From: Candidatus Roizmanbacteria bacterium
Lineage (GTDB): Bacteria; Patescibacteriota; Microgenomatia; UBA1406; GWC2-37-13
Length of the DNA: 64,000 bases
NCBI GenBank assembly: GCA_037130495.1
Contig: JBAXSX010000003.1
Coordinates: 13,793-77,792 of the forward strand
Direction: 5' to 3'
Shown: piece after piece, positions 27,996 to 37,962 of the stretch
Layout of the letters: every line of letters begins with the position of its first letter
How positions within the stretch are numbered: the first letter of the stretch is position 1
Program-made: the position numbers and the translations under genes
Notes under the pieces: generated by a model
What the model was told of the DNA's origin: nothing
What the model saw: the letters and a program-made list of their open reading frames with translations, nothing else
Database searches by the model: none

Positions 27996-28619
27996 TTAAG
28001 AAGTTAGTTTATTTATTTCCATAATCAAGTCTTTACTCGCTTTTACATAATCAGATGAGTCGTAAAGAAAAGTATTCCATCCCGCTTCTTTTGCAGCAAG
28101 AACATGCTCCTTGCTGTTTTCTATAAATAATATCTGGCGAGGGCCAACACCCGCTCTCTTCTGAGCGAGTTCAAATATTTCCTTTTGAGGTTTGCGTACC
28201 TTTTCAATACTTGAGTCGATAACTACAGTCCATTTTGTCTCGGGGATCAATCCCTTTTTATTTATCGCATCTAACATACCAGGGTACATATTAGTCAGCT
28301 GACCAATTCTAATATCTTTTGGTATGGATGCGAATACAGGTACAATTGAATCATTTTTCTCAAATCTATCAACGAATTCATCGAGGAAGGAATACCGATC
28401 GGGAAAGTTCAATCCAAACTCCTTTTCCATCAGGGGAACCAAAGATTGTATATCGGTACCCAGGCAGATCTCCTTCTCGTAAATGGCGAAGAACTCACTA
28501 AAGGCGTCATCATGGCCTGCGTCTATTCCAATACTACGTCTCAATTCCTCCCACTTATTTGTGCAACTAAAATCTTTGAGTAGAACACCGCCTACATCAA
28601 AATATATAAACTTAATCAT
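27996..28619 (-). CDS. HAD-superfamily hydrolase (FDxGGVL subtype)
   Basis: Motif I-like IYFDVGGVLL and a later FIENSKEHVLAAKEAGW. Start set at ATG 28619. Confidence 0.7.
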   Translation of the reverse strand: MIKFIYFDVGGVLLKDFSCTNKWEELRRSIGIDAGHDDAFSEFFAIYEKEICLGTDIQSLVPLMEKEFGLNFPDRYSFLDEFVDRFEKNDSIVPVFASIPKDIRIGQLTNMYPGMLDAINKKGLIPETKWTVVIDSSIEKVRKPQKEIFELAQKRAGVGPRQILFIENSKEHVLAAKEAGWNTFLYDSSDYVKASKDLIMEINKLTS

Positions 28620-28687
28620 ACGAGGTAGATTTGCATGCCTTTCTCTGCCATATTCCTGAATGGTGGACCGCATTGGAACCACTAAGG

Positions 28688-28969
28688 TTACTCTATAGCG
28701 AACATAATTTTTTCCTTGCAATTTTTATTTGCTGTGTCTATTAATCCACTCATGTCATGTTTTTTGGTCGAGATTTCTGTTCCATCGCTGACCCAAACTG
28801 CGATTGATTGATCAAGCTGTTGAACGACATATTTGACGTCACATTTAGAGAATGCGGATTGTATCTGTTCCCAACTGCGAGCTGGTTTGATAAAAGTGTC
28901 TGCTATGAAATACAAAAGAATACCAGCGAGAATAATCAAAAATAGATAGAGATACTTATTTTTATGCAT
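28688..28969 (-). CDS. Small membrane-anchored hypothetical protein
   Basis: 93-aa ORF with an N-terminal TM helix (YLYLFLIILAGILLYFIA). Confidence 0.4.
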   Translation of the reverse strand: MHKNKYLYLFLIILAGILLYFIADTFIKPARSWEQIQSAFSKCDVKYVVQQLDQSIAVWVSDGTEISTKKHDMSGLIDTANKNCKEKIMFAIE

Positions 28970-29060
28970 ATATTATTGGTAATAACGATATGTTCTCCGC
29001 TTTCATGTGTAAACCAGACCTGCTCGTACTCCTACCGATTGATAAGAGTATAATAGCCCT

Positions 29061-29444
29061 ATGAACACTTTTGTACAAGATATCGAACAACTCACTCTAA
29101 CCAATACATACTTCAGGAAAGTGATATATACAGGTCAACATGCACAGCTTGTGGTCATGTCATTGCTCCCGAACGAAGACATTGGTATGGAAGTGCACGA
29201 AACGACTGATCAGTTCCTCAGGATTGAAAAAGGCGAGGGAAAAGTCATCATGAATGGAGAAGAGCACCTCATCAAAGACGGGAGTGCAATCATCGTCCCG
29301 GCGGGAACCCAACATAACATCATAAATACATCATCTAAGAACCCGATGAAGCTATATACGATATATTCACCTTCACATCACAAAGACGGGACTGTCCATG
29401 CTACGAAGCAGGAGGCAGAGGCAGATACTGCAGATCATATATAA
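29061..29444 (+). CDS. Cupin-domain protein
   Basis: Cupin motifs GMEVHETTDQFLRIEKGEG and IVPAGTQHNIIN. Confidence 0.75.
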   Translation: MNTFVQDIEQLTLTNTYFRKVIYTGQHAQLVVMSLLPNEDIGMEVHETTDQFLRIEKGEGKVIMNGEEHLIKDGSAIIVPAGTQHNIINTSSKNPMKLYTIYSPSHHKDGTVHATKQEAEADTADHI

Positions 29445-29532
29445 CTTCAGGGCTGATTTGCTCCAGGCAATAGACGATGTTCCGACTTATCACTCTTTTG
29501 TGACCTAAAAGTTATCGATAACCTAATAAAAA

Positions 29533-29844
29533 ATGAATACTATAGATTTTCTCAGACAATTTCGCATTGGAGGATATGCACTATTTGATCTCGGCATATC
29601 ATTTTTAGGAATCTATTTGCTTTCACCAATATTGTCAAAGATATTTCTCAAGCTTGGGATTAAAATACCAAAACGAAGCTGGTTGTTATTTACGTTACCA
29701 TTGAGTATCTTGATCCATCTTCTCATAGGAAAAATGACTCTTATGACGAAAAACTTTATTGACCCACATGGTCAGTATGTGCTGAAAATATTGATTTTAG
29801 GTTTATTTGCTCTTGGAATAAAAGGTGTAAAGAGAGTTAAATAA
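29533..29844 (+). CDS. Small membrane protein
   Basis: 103 aa with three predicted TM helices. Confidence 0.45.
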   Translation: MNTIDFLRQFRIGGYALFDLGISFLGIYLLSPILSKIFLKLGIKIPKRSWLLFTLPLSILIHLLIGKMTLMTKNFIDPHGQYVLKILILGLFALGIKGVKRVK

Positions 29845-29925
29845 ATATAGATTGCCAATCTGCCTGATATCCACTTGCTCTCTCAAACTGAACCAACATG
29901 AGCTTGTCCTGTTACAATTTGAAGA

Positions 29926-30144
29926 ATGAATCTAAAAAACGATAGTTACGAAATCTGTATCGGCACGAAAAACTTCACCGAAAAGTATTTCAGAGATGAA
30001 AAAGGATGGCTAAAGATTTCAGCAACGGGTAAGGAATTTCGAATGACTGCTGAACAAGCACTCAATCATATGCTGCCTGCAATGGCAGGTGTTAAACCGA
30101 ATCTGATCCTGAAGGTAGAACATCACGAGATGGATGAAACGTAA
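29926..30144 (+). CDS. Hypothetical small protein
   Basis: 72-aa ORF with an ATG start. No motif recognised. Confidence 0.3.
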   Translation: MNLKNDSYEICIGTKNFTEKYFRDEKGWLKISATGKEFRMTAEQALNHMLPAMAGVKPNLILKVEHHEMDET

Positions 30145-30213
30145 ACAATTGTGTTCCTCGCATGGAAACACGTTGAGTAACTGAGAGATCGAAATGATTG
30201 TGCCACCTGCATA

Positions 30214-30954
30214 CTATTCACCAACACGATTTTTAGACTCGAGGGCAATCACCACTGAAGAATGAAACCCTTTTGCGACGAGCCAGACTCCGAGTGAAAG
30301 CTCAAATAGCGCGACAAAAAGTGCAGACAGTCCAGCCAATGGGTCATGCTGCCCAACGAGCCCGAACACGACCGCGAGGTAACCAGCGATGAGTACGGGC
30401 CCCCCGATGATACCAATCAGAGAAAGGCCTCTAGGTACCAGGCGTGACTTGTATAGTAAGAAGCCCAACAGCAAATCGTTTATGGCCGGCATGAAGCTTT
30501 GGCTCAGTAGGAAGATGCGATCATACAGTATCGCAAGTGTGTGGCTGGTAACCAACGCGTTTGTTCCTGCCTCGATCTGCCGTAGAGTGACTATTGTTAA
30601 GATGCATGCCACGCCAATAAAAATAGAGCTTGCCTCCAGAACTCTGGAGGCGATGAGACCCAGCGCAAGGCTTTCATTCTGCTTCTTGAGGGTAGGGAAG
30701 AGCACGACTGCAGTGCTGATACCTGCGAGGGCCACGATGATCTCGAGGACACCTCCGATCATAGCAGCGGTATCTGGGCCAGCACCAAGGATGTAGCTCG
30801 CACTTTTGACCTGGGTATAGAGTACAAGTGATGGGATTGAGACGAAGGTGAGGAGGTAGAGTACACCTGCCGCTAATGATATTTTTCTGGAGGACTGCAA
30901 AATTCTCTTATCTGTCTCGAGTATCTGTGTGTTTGAGTATATTTTTCCTTGCAT
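30214..30954 (-). CDS. DUF4386-like membrane protein
   Basis: About 6 TM helices. The N-terminal LAAGVLYLLTFVSIPSLVLY pattern is typical of the family as I recall it. Confidence 0.55.
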   Translation of the reverse strand: MQGKIYSNTQILETDKRILQSSRKISLAAGVLYLLTFVSIPSLVLYTQVKSASYILGAGPDTAAMIGGVLEIIVALAGISTAVVLFPTLKKQNESLALGLIASRVLEASSIFIGVACILTIVTLRQIEAGTNALVTSHTLAILYDRIFLLSQSFMPAINDLLLGFLLYKSRLVPRGLSLIGIIGGPVLIAGYLAVVFGLVGQHDPLAGLSALFVALFELSLGVWLVAKGFHSSVVIALESKNRVGE

Positions 30955-31063
30955 CGCTCATCGTAACACATAAAAAATTTCTCGTACAAGAGGATGTTCG
31001 TCCAGAATCATCTAGATGATGATCATCAGGAGGTTAAATAATTCCGTCCAAGAACTGCAGCAT

Positions 31064-31603
31064 TTACGCAGCATGTTTTTGTCTCGAGTTCCTTAGTCTC
31101 TTTATTAGGTAGAGAGTCAACACTAAGACTAGAATGACGATAAGGAATCCAATTTGGAATATTGGGTCACCGATTTTTTCCTTGAATGTTTGAATGATGT
31201 GAGCTGTCTGATTGATTTTAATGTACTCAATCGTATTCCCAGAAAGCGATGGGCCGAAATGGCCGTTTTCCTGACGATTAAGCCAAATCTTTATTACATC
31301 TCCGTTTAGCACCGTCACAGAAGAAGAGCCGAGTTCCAAACGATTTTCTGGAACATAACGGAAATCAACTACGAGAATATCACCAGACTTAACTGCTCCA
31401 TTGGCTCCTTGAGCATCAGAAATAAGTATATTAAAGGTTCCGGCGTCTCCAGTTATTTGTCTGTCTTGAACTTCTCCAATTACCACCATTTCCGAGTTCG
31501 TCTGAGCTTCCTCAACTTGTTGAGGCGATGGAACTGCGTAAATGGATCTAGTCGAAAGAAATAGATAGAGCAGAATTGAAAAGATAGCAAGTGGCTTTCT
31601 CAT
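31064..31603 (-). CDS. Hypothetical secreted protein with C-terminal membrane anchor
   Basis: Signal peptide MRKPLAIFSILLYLFLSTRSIYA and a C-terminal TM helix (IGFLIVILVLVLTLYLI). Confidence 0.55.
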   Translation of the reverse strand: MRKPLAIFSILLYLFLSTRSIYAVPSPQQVEEAQTNSEMVVIGEVQDRQITGDAGTFNILISDAQGANGAVKSGDILVVDFRYVPENRLELGSSSVTVLNGDVIKIWLNRQENGHFGPSLSGNTIEYIKINQTAHIIQTFKEKIGDPIFQIGFLIVILVLVLTLYLIKRLRNSRQKHAA

Positions 31604-31766
31604 AGTAGTGTATTTTATGAAATATGCTTAATGTATATGTACATATTACTATGATTTGGTTCGAGAATCATAATGCAAATATAGCCGTATAGTTTTCATG
31701 CACTATGAAGGTTTTCGCTGACTTTAGGCTTGGTTGTCCTGAGTTTATCGAAGGATAGCTCAAAAA

Positions 31767-32357
31767 CTAATCTGCTTTGTATTCGATACCACCCAATCTC
31801 TCTAGGGATACTTTCTGACCTGTTTTATCTATAAGTACGTATGCACAATCTGCGATATCGAAAACTCTATCATCACTCAGGATGTCACTAAGAACTGTCC
31901 AAATAGGCCCACCGTGTGTAACGATGCCAATCGTTGAGTAGTTTTCACTACTTGCAACTTCCGCAAACACGTCCTGTATCCTTTCTACAAAATCATCTTG
32001 AGACTCAGCTCCTTGTATTTGACTTCTGTAGTTCTTCAGTTCTTCGACCAATTCCGGATACTGTATTTTTGCTTCGCTCTTTGTCATTCCCGTCAGAATC
32101 CCATTCTTATTTCTTTCTTTTAAATTTTCAACTGTTTTAACCCCACACCCTAACTTAGCTTTTAGAATCATTGCAGTTTGCTGTGCACGTATCAAAGGAC
32201 TACAAAATAGGATTTGTATACCTGAGGTCTCTAGCTTATGAGCAAGTTCGTGGGTCTGAATAGTACCCTTGTCCGACAACTCATCATCATGGGCACCCCC
32301 ATATCTATCCTCAGTATCACCAGTGGTTTGTCCGTGTCGAATTAGATAAATCTTCAT
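31767..32357 (-). CDS. Histidine phosphatase family protein (phosphoglycerate mutase-like)
   Basis: IYLIRHGQT catalytic motif and a downstream VTHGGPI. Start set at ATG 32357. Confidence 0.85.
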   Translation of the reverse strand: MKIYLIRHGQTTGDTEDRYGGAHDDELSDKGTIQTHELAHKLETSGIQILFCSPLIRAQQTAMILKAKLGCGVKTVENLKERNKNGILTGMTKSEAKIQYPELVEELKNYRSQIQGAESQDDFVERIQDVFAEVASSENYSTIGIVTHGGPIWTVLSDILSDDRVFDIADCAYVLIDKTGQKVSLERLGGIEYKAD

Positions 32358-32541
32358 TGTTATTGTAAATATCATACACTCTCCGGACTCAAGGTATTGA
32401 TGAGGCATCACTCAGTAGACGAAGGAGCAACTGGCTTTTCTTCATTGTTCCGCTCTGACCGAAGCTTTGCTCAATCGCATTAAGGCTTTTCAAAAACCCT
32501 GTATGGGCTTCATAGCTAGAGGAAGATTGAAATAAAACTGC

Positions 32542-32760
32542 TTACTTCAATTTCTTGATTATTTCTGAAACTTTTGGACCGAAGTGAAGTAGAGAATACA
32601 ATAAAAGCAAGCCGCCTATTGTGGTTGCTATGCTTTCTAGTGAATATTTTTCAAATAGGTCAGCCCTTAACTTATATGCTGAAACTCCAACACCGAAAAA
32701 AATTAAACCAATTCCCAAAGAAAGTAAATTCACGTATCGATTGATTATTTTCTTCTCCAT
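32542..32760 (-). CDS. Small two-TM membrane protein
   Basis: 72 aa with two hydrophobic helices. Confidence 0.4.
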   Translation of the reverse strand: MEKKIINRYVNLLSLGIGLIFFGVGVSAYKLRADLFEKYSLESIATTIGGLLLLYSLLHFGPKVSEIIKKLK

Positions 32761-33021
32761 ACTTATTAAAAACTACCAGCGCGGAAGAATATAAAGATTA
32801 GCGCAACAATGATAACCAAGAAAAACCATATTCTTAATAGTTCCTGTCTTTAATTTTTGATAGTTTAATTCCGATCATTCATAGACTTGCTATCATGTCT
32901 TTATGATACATTAATTTGGTTAGAAAATGAGCTATTTGCTCCCCCCTAGTAGACATGTTTCGGAACAGGGAAATAGATTTTGGGATTAGTCTACAGAATA
33001 TCAAAGCTGTTTTGAGTTATT

Positions 33022-33282
33022 TCACTCTTTACAACCAAGCATTGCTTTCCCATCGCAATATTGCCCGGGTAATGGCGAATTAAGTGCTTTATATATGAGC
33101 CCAAAAACAGCGAACATGGGGGCTTCACGAGGCACCTCTATGATCACCGGCACACTCTCTGCACCTTTTATTGGCCCGGCGACCATTTCAAAACCCGGAA
33201 CCTGTTCACGTAATTGAGCAACTCTAGAAGCTTGATTAGGACTCATCCTACAGGGGAGTGAATATGGGAGTAATTCAGCCAT
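33022..33282 (-). CDS. Hypothetical protein
   Basis: 86-aa ORF with an ATG start. No motif recognised. Confidence 0.3.
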   Translation of the reverse strand: MAELLPYSLPCRMSPNQASRVAQLREQVPGFEMVAGPIKGAESVPVIIEVPREAPMFAVFGLIYKALNSPLPGQYCDGKAMLGCKE

Positions 33283-33348
33283 TTACTTATTGAGTATACA
33301 TCAGACCTGTTCTACAAACGGTTAATATTGTCAGATTCAAACGTCTTG

Positions 33349-33420
33349 CTCCCCGGCGAGGATTCGAACCTCGAACCTTGATGTTAACAGCATCCTGCTC
33401 TACCGTTGAGCTACCAGGGA
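33349..33420 (-). tRNA. tRNA-Asn (anticodon GUU)
   Basis: Minus strand reads TCCCTGG-TA-GCTC-AACGGTA-GAGC-A-GGATG-CTGTTAA-CATCA-AGGTT-CGAGG-TTCGAAT-CCTCG-CCGGGGA-G. It has U1-A72, G73, U33 and A37. One G27-A43 mismatch; no encoded CCA. Confidence 0.85.
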
Positions 33421-33663
33421 AATTTGTTTGCGTATGAACTCTCTACCTCGATATGACTTAAGTTGCTTCTCGCGGACTAAAGCCTCGTTTCGGTTAGTAA
33501 CTCTCTCAGTATAAATCACTACCCAACGTCCATCAAAACGAGAAGTGTATGTATGGCAAAAATCATGGTCATTGTGTTGCCCAACTCTTTCATCTAGGTT
33601 AACAGTCTGACCGACATATATTTTGTCATGTCTCGGATTGTAAAGTGCGTATACAGTCACCAT
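33400..33663 (-). CDS. GIY-YIG nuclease (YhbQ/UPF0213-like), copy 1; 3' end overlaps tRNA-Asn
   Basis: YALYNPRHDKIYVGQTVNLDERVGQHN ... REKQLKSYRGREFIRK is the GIY-YIG core pattern. The last 21 nt are the first 21 nt of the tRNA (ISLVAQR*). Confidence 0.75.
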   Translation of the reverse strand: MVTVYALYNPRHDKIYVGQTVNLDERVGQHNDHDFCHTYTSRFDGRWVVIYTERVTNRNEALVREKQLKSYRGREFIRKQISLVAQR

Positions 33664-34024
33664 CTTTCAATGGTACCTCATCCTACCTACCTCCGCCAGC
33701 TGGCGGAGAGCTACCAGGGAAATTTGTTTGCGTATGAACTCTCTACCTCGATATGACTTAAGTTGCTTCTCGCGGACTAAAGCCTCGTTTCGGTTAGTAA
33801 CTCTCTCAGTATAAATCACTACCCAACGTCCATCAAAACGAGAAGTGTATGTATGGCAAAAATCATGGTCATTGTGTTGCCCAACTCTTTCATCTAGGTT
33901 AACAGTCTGACCGACATATATTTTGTCATGTCTCGGATTGTAAAGTGCGTATACAGTCACCATCTTTCAATGGTACCTCATCCTACCTACCTCCGCCAGC
34001 TGGCGGAGAGCTACCAGGGAAATT
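33408..34024 (-). mobile_element. Perfect tandem duplication (2.06 copies) of a 300-bp GIY-YIG cassette abutting tRNA-Asn
   Basis: 33408..33707 and 33708..34007 are identical in every 60-nt line compared. Each unit is the tRNA 5' mimic TCCCTGGTAGCTC, an 18-nt palindrome CTCCGCCAGCTGGCGGAG, an SD-like GGATGAGG, and the ORF. Confidence 0.85.
33667..33963 (-). CDS. GIY-YIG nuclease (YhbQ/UPF0213-like), copy 2
   Basis: Identical to copy 1 for 84 aa, then reads through the 13-nt tRNA mimic into the hairpin module (ISLVALRQLAEVGRMRYH*). Confidence 0.7.
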   Translation of the reverse strand: MVTVYALYNPRHDKIYVGQTVNLDERVGQHNDHDFCHTYTSRFDGRWVVIYTERVTNRNEALVREKQLKSYRGREFIRKQISLVALRQLAEVGRMRYH

Positions 34025-34229
34025 GATTAATCGTGTGCTATCTACTTTGATTGGTACCGCATCCTGTCTACCTCCGCCAGCTGGCGGAGAGTTATCAGGG
34101 ATATCGATATTTTGAAAAGTACATGTCTATTCTACCAAATAATCTCTACAGCAGGTGGGGACCTGACGAGAGTCTAGTTACAAGCACGAGATATCGTGAG
34201 GTGAAGAAGCATCCTCCAGTTTTGAGCAC

Positions 34230-37200
34230 TCATGGTGCAGCAGCAAAGGCAGCGTCACCCTGATATTGACCCAACTGGTCGGTGCCATAATATATAGTCG
34301 CTGGAACAGTGGTGAGGGCAGTGGGACTGCTGAGGCTGGCCTTGGTAACTCCGTTCACCTTCAACACATCTTGCAACGAGTTGTAGTTGATCGTGATCGC
34401 GTAGGTAGTGCCAGCCACTATCGCACCTGTCGCATCCCAGGTGGTCGTGATCCTCGTGCCATTTCCTCTGTGATGGAACTGCACTATATTATTTGCTCCC
34501 CAGTAGGCAAGGATATAGTTGTTGCTATCTCCGAATATAGTCACTATAGCCGCATCTAGTGATGTTGTCCCGCCGAAGTTCAGCATATTTGCAGCCGAAT
34601 GGCGAGGGGTGTAATTGAACGAAATCTCTCCAGCTGATGTTGTTAAGTTATACACACTTTGGGTCAATGTGTCTTTGCCATCTACCCGGACTCCGCTCGC
34701 CTCAGTACTATTGGCCAGCGATGCGGGGGTGAGGGTGAGGGTAACAGCGGTCAGGGCGAAGGAATAAAAGTCATCGATATAATACTGAAAGCCGGATCCT
34801 GTCCCTCCCCAACTTTGAACATCCAAGTATGCGAAATTTTGATCCGCTCTATGTGTACTCGGGTACAAACTCCATGCAGTTGAGCTTATTGTATTTAAAT
34901 TCCCTCCATCCACCCCGCCCATGGTTTGTCTGGGGAACCAAGGCTCAAAGTGAGTTATAGGTGATATTGTCCCTGCAACTTTTTTCCCAAAGACCCCAAC
35001 AGAATAATATTTGCCTTGAGTTACACTGCTATAGCTGAATTTGATTCCTTTATTATAGCCAGCCGTCAAAACTTGTACCCCAGATGATCCAGAATGCATG
35101 TTCGCAACTTCTTGTATGCCCTCACCTGCAACCAGATTATTGTTGGACCAGCCTGTGGGTATCCACGGATTGCCAGCTCCAACTTCGAGTGATGGATTTG
35201 TAATGTTGTTTGCTTGTACCTCCACCTGATGCCAGTAGCAGGTACCGGTGGCTGCTGTATTGATGAGTTGTATTTGTTCACTCTCTGCTGCAGGAGACTG
35301 CCAGGTGAATACATATACATCAGGAGCTGTGCGAGTACTGGTCGTAGTCCCTGTAAGAGAGCTGATGACCGTACTCCCATCTGCTCGAGTCACTTGGATC
35401 TTCGGTGCACAGGTCCCATCACTATTGCCTATGGCTCGGAGGACATAGTTCCCATTGAGTGTTGCACTAAATGTGTTGTACATCCCTAGATTCGCAGCAG
35501 TACTGGTGAACTTGTATCCCCCAGAGAATATCTTCTCTCCTGTAGCAAGAGCAGTAGGAGTAACTCCTGCTACTGCAGTACGATTGAGCAGTGCTGCAGC
35601 ACTGGTGATCGCTTGAGCCTGAGTAGCACTCAAGGTGATATCGTAATAGGCTACCGCTGCTACATAGGCTCGTCCAAATCCTGAGATCACTCCTGAGCTA
35701 TTGACACTTCCTCCAATACCCGTACCTTGAGTGATTGATCCACTCCATGTCGGTGTCCACGCTGTTGCGGTCCCATCGACATAGTATGCCGTATCAGTGA
35801 GTGCTATGACTCCTGCAGCACTCATCGCAGGAGTGGCTGGTGCTACACTCATATCTCCATATCCTACGTTACCATATCCAATAGTAAACCGAGGAACGCT
35901 GCTATAGCTCATGAGTGGTCCACTGATACCTGAGGTATATTTCAACACTGCACTGTAGTGTGTTGCTGGATTGAGTCCACTGTACAGGATACGTCCTCCA
36001 TCAAAGTACCATCCATTCACTGCATCCCATGTCGGACCACTACTCCCATACAGTGTATTGACTCCAGGATTTGCAATATTTGTTTTCGCATCTGTCACAC
36101 TTGCTGCTCCCACTGCTTGATAGACTGCTACCGCATTGGCTTGCGGTACTCCTCCTGCAAGATACCAGGGAACTATGGAGATACCGTTCCAGTTATCATT
36201 CACAGCTGTCCCATTCATCATATATCCCCCTGTATTTGTGGTATTGGTATACAGGAGATTACTTGCATGCGGATGACTCCATGCTTCACCCGTCGTACCC
36301 AATGCTCCTACCGTACTATTCGTTGGTAATGCAAATACGACATCCCAGGATCCAGTGACTAATGTAGGATCTTTCCCTGTTCCTCCATTGTAAATCTGAC
36401 TGACTTCATCTCCATTCCCTACATTGATACCCGATGGTGTTGTTGCTTCGTAGAGAGGACGTCTATAAATAGTGAGACCTTGGATAAGGGCGTTGGCTGA
36501 ACTATTAAATAGTGTCTGATTGCCTATATCTTGAAGAGCTGAAAAACCTATTCCAGTAATAGCAGTTCCCGAAAATGTATTTGTTCCGTTTACACTAAAG
36601 CGAACATAATTAGTGCCATCAAACTTATTTTTGCTGTCCCAGCTAACAATAATGTTGTATGTTGTGCCTGCAGTCCAAGAGGAAATAGACGGCCCATTAA
36701 TTTCGTGTCCTACAGAATCTGTAAAGTGAAGTGTATTATCTGTTTGCTTGAAGAAAGTTCCAAATCCTCCAGCTGACCCAAAGATTCCGTGACGTAACCC
36801 ATCGTTGCCAGCCCATTCAGGAGTGATCCATAACACAATTGAGCCTTGATCTCCATCTACGTTTTGATAGAAATTTCCACTTACTTGATTGCCACGAGGG
36901 AAAGTTACTGTATCTGGTGTTCCACTTACATCAGTCTTTCCTTGCACCATTACCCCAGCTGCAAATGGCCCGGCGGGGGGAGTGCGTTTGGCTATAGCAG
37001 GAGTGAATGTTCCTGCTGCAAATGCCATGATAGTAGAAGGAGGAGTAATGAACTCATCAGGTACTTGACCATACACAGCTACATTCACTCCAGACTGGTT
37101 TACGAGTGATATCCCTGTGGGTGAATACACTCCTATCTTCCCTGAGCTATTGGCTACAGCACTGTATCCGGTACTGTATGTACTGGTACAGTCTTTCACT

Positions 37201-37541
37201 ATGTTCCCGGGACTATTAGGATCAATCGGTAATCCAGCTATATGAGGAGAAAGTAATCCACACAGATCTGCCTCAGGACCTCCTGAGTTCTTTGCTATTG
37301 GCTTAGGAGTATTCAAGGGATACATCTGAGTAGGGACTACTCCTTTCATAGATACGAGATACGTATCTAATGACTTCCCTATGGTAGATACATCAGATGA
37401 GCGTTTCGTCTGTTGAGCAGCAGCAAACATACGGAAGGGATTCACTGCTACCAGTACTACAGTCATGAGGACTGCAATGATGAGGGTAGCGACTAATACT
37501 TCAATGAGAGTAAATCCACGAATACCACGGTGGCGTATCAT
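34230..37541 (-). CDS. Giant (1103 aa) pilin-like protein with LamG/ConA-like domains
   Basis: From ATG 37541 the N-terminus is [30 protein letters not shown] (prepilin motif). LamG_3-like stretches occur at [23 protein letters not shown]... and near the C-terminus. The upstream in-frame 39 aa are repeat-derived. Confidence 0.75.
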   Translation of the reverse strand: MIRHRGIRGFTLIEVLVATLIIAVLMTVVLVAVNPFRMFAAAQQTKRSSDVSTIGKSLDTYLVSMKGVVPTQMYPLNTPKPIAKNSGGPEADLCGLLSPHIAGLPIDPNSPGNIVKDCTSTYSTGYSAVANSSGKIGVYSPTGISLVNQSGVNVAVYGQVPDEFITPPSTIMAFAAGTFTPAIAKRTPPAGPFAAGVMVQGKTDVSGTPDTVTFPRGNQVSGNFYQNVDGDQGSIVLWITPEWAGNDGLRHGIFGSAGGFGTFFKQTDNTLHFTDSVGHEINGPSISSWTAGTTYNIIVSWDSKNKFDGTNYVRFSVNGTNTFSGTAITGIGFSALQDIGNQTLFNSSANALIQGLTIYRRPLYEATTPSGINVGNGDEVSQIYNGGTGKDPTLVTGSWDVVFALPTNSTVGALGTTGEAWSHPHASNLLYTNTTNTGGYMMNGTAVNDNWNGISIVPWYLAGGVPQANAVAVYQAVGAASVTDAKTNIANPGVNTLYGSSGPTWDAVNGWYFDGGRILYSGLNPATHYSAVLKYTSGISGPLMSYSSVPRFTIGYGNVGYGDMSVAPATPAMSAAGVIALTDTAYYVDGTATAWTPTWSGSITQGTGIGGSVNSSGVISGFGRAYVAAVAYYDITLSATQAQAITSAAALLNRTAVAGVTPTALATGEKIFSGGYKFTSTAANLGMYNTFSATLNGNYVLRAIGNSDGTCAPKIQVTRADGSTVISSLTGTTTSTRTAPDVYVFTWQSPAAESEQIQLINTAATGTCYWHQVEVQANNITNPSLEVGAGNPWIPTGWSNNNLVAGEGIQEVANMHSGSSGVQVLTAGYNKGIKFSYSSVTQGKYYSVGVFGKKVAGTISPITHFEPWFPRQTMGGVDGGNLNTISSTAWSLYPSTHRADQNFAYLDVQSWGGTGSGFQYYIDDFYSFALTAVTLTLTPASLANSTEASGVRVDGKDTLTQSVYNLTTSAGEISFNYTPRHSAANMLNFGGTTSLDAAIVTIFGDSNNYILAYWGANNIVQFHHRGNGTRITTTWDATGAIVAGTTYAITINYNSLQDVLKVNGVTKASLSSPTALTTVPATIYYGTDQLGQYQGDAAFAAAP

Positions 37542-37544
37542 ACA

Positions 37545-37945
37545 GTCAGTATACGCAAAGACAGTCCATAAAGTCCATCGCGCCTGCCTGTCGGCAGACA
37601 GGTCAAACGCGACTATGTGGGATGCGTAAAGTCTGTAAAGTCCATAAAGTGACACCACAGTGTCATCCTGAATGATCCTTAAGCATCAGATCCTTCGCTA
37701 CTCTCAGGATGACATGGGAGAGAGATTCTTCACTCCGTTCAGAATGACCCTGCATGGTTCACTTCTCGACAGGCTCGAAGTGACATGCTTCTCGACCCCG
37801 CAGAGCGGGGCAGGCAAGGCTCCGCGGGACAAGTCAGGTTATAACGTTGTCAAGTTATCAAGTAAAACACGGTCGAATTGCTGCAACATTAAATTGTTGA
37901 GGAAGCTCCGCGGGAGAAGTCAGGTCGAAAGTCATCACCACAAAA
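37545..37945. repeat. Dense cluster of GC-rich palindromic modules (400 bp, non-coding)
   Basis: Hairpins cctgtc-ggca-gacagg (37587..37602) and gtcatcctga...tcaggatgac (37662..37713). Direct repeat gctccgcggga[c/g]aagtcaggt at 37819..37839 and 37905..37925. Modules are shared with the 40.0 and 53.1 kb clusters. Confidence 0.8.
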
Positions 37946-37962
37946 TCTCAGAATGATCGATG

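Noticed and set aside
33408-34110. A group I intron with a homing endonuclease inside tRNA-Asn, or a CRISPR-like repeat.
   Set aside because: The ORF fills 264 of the 300 nt in each unit, leaving no room for a ribozyme core. The tRNA downstream of the cassettes is complete and uninterrupted. The repeats are 300 bp with no spacers.
37542-37658. The N-terminal 39-aa extension of the giant pilin ORF ([28 protein letters not shown]...).
   Set aside because: It is encoded by repeat modules (ctgtaaagtccataaagt and cctgtcggcagacagg). The prepilin leader starts properly at the internal ATG 37541 ([14 protein letters not shown]).
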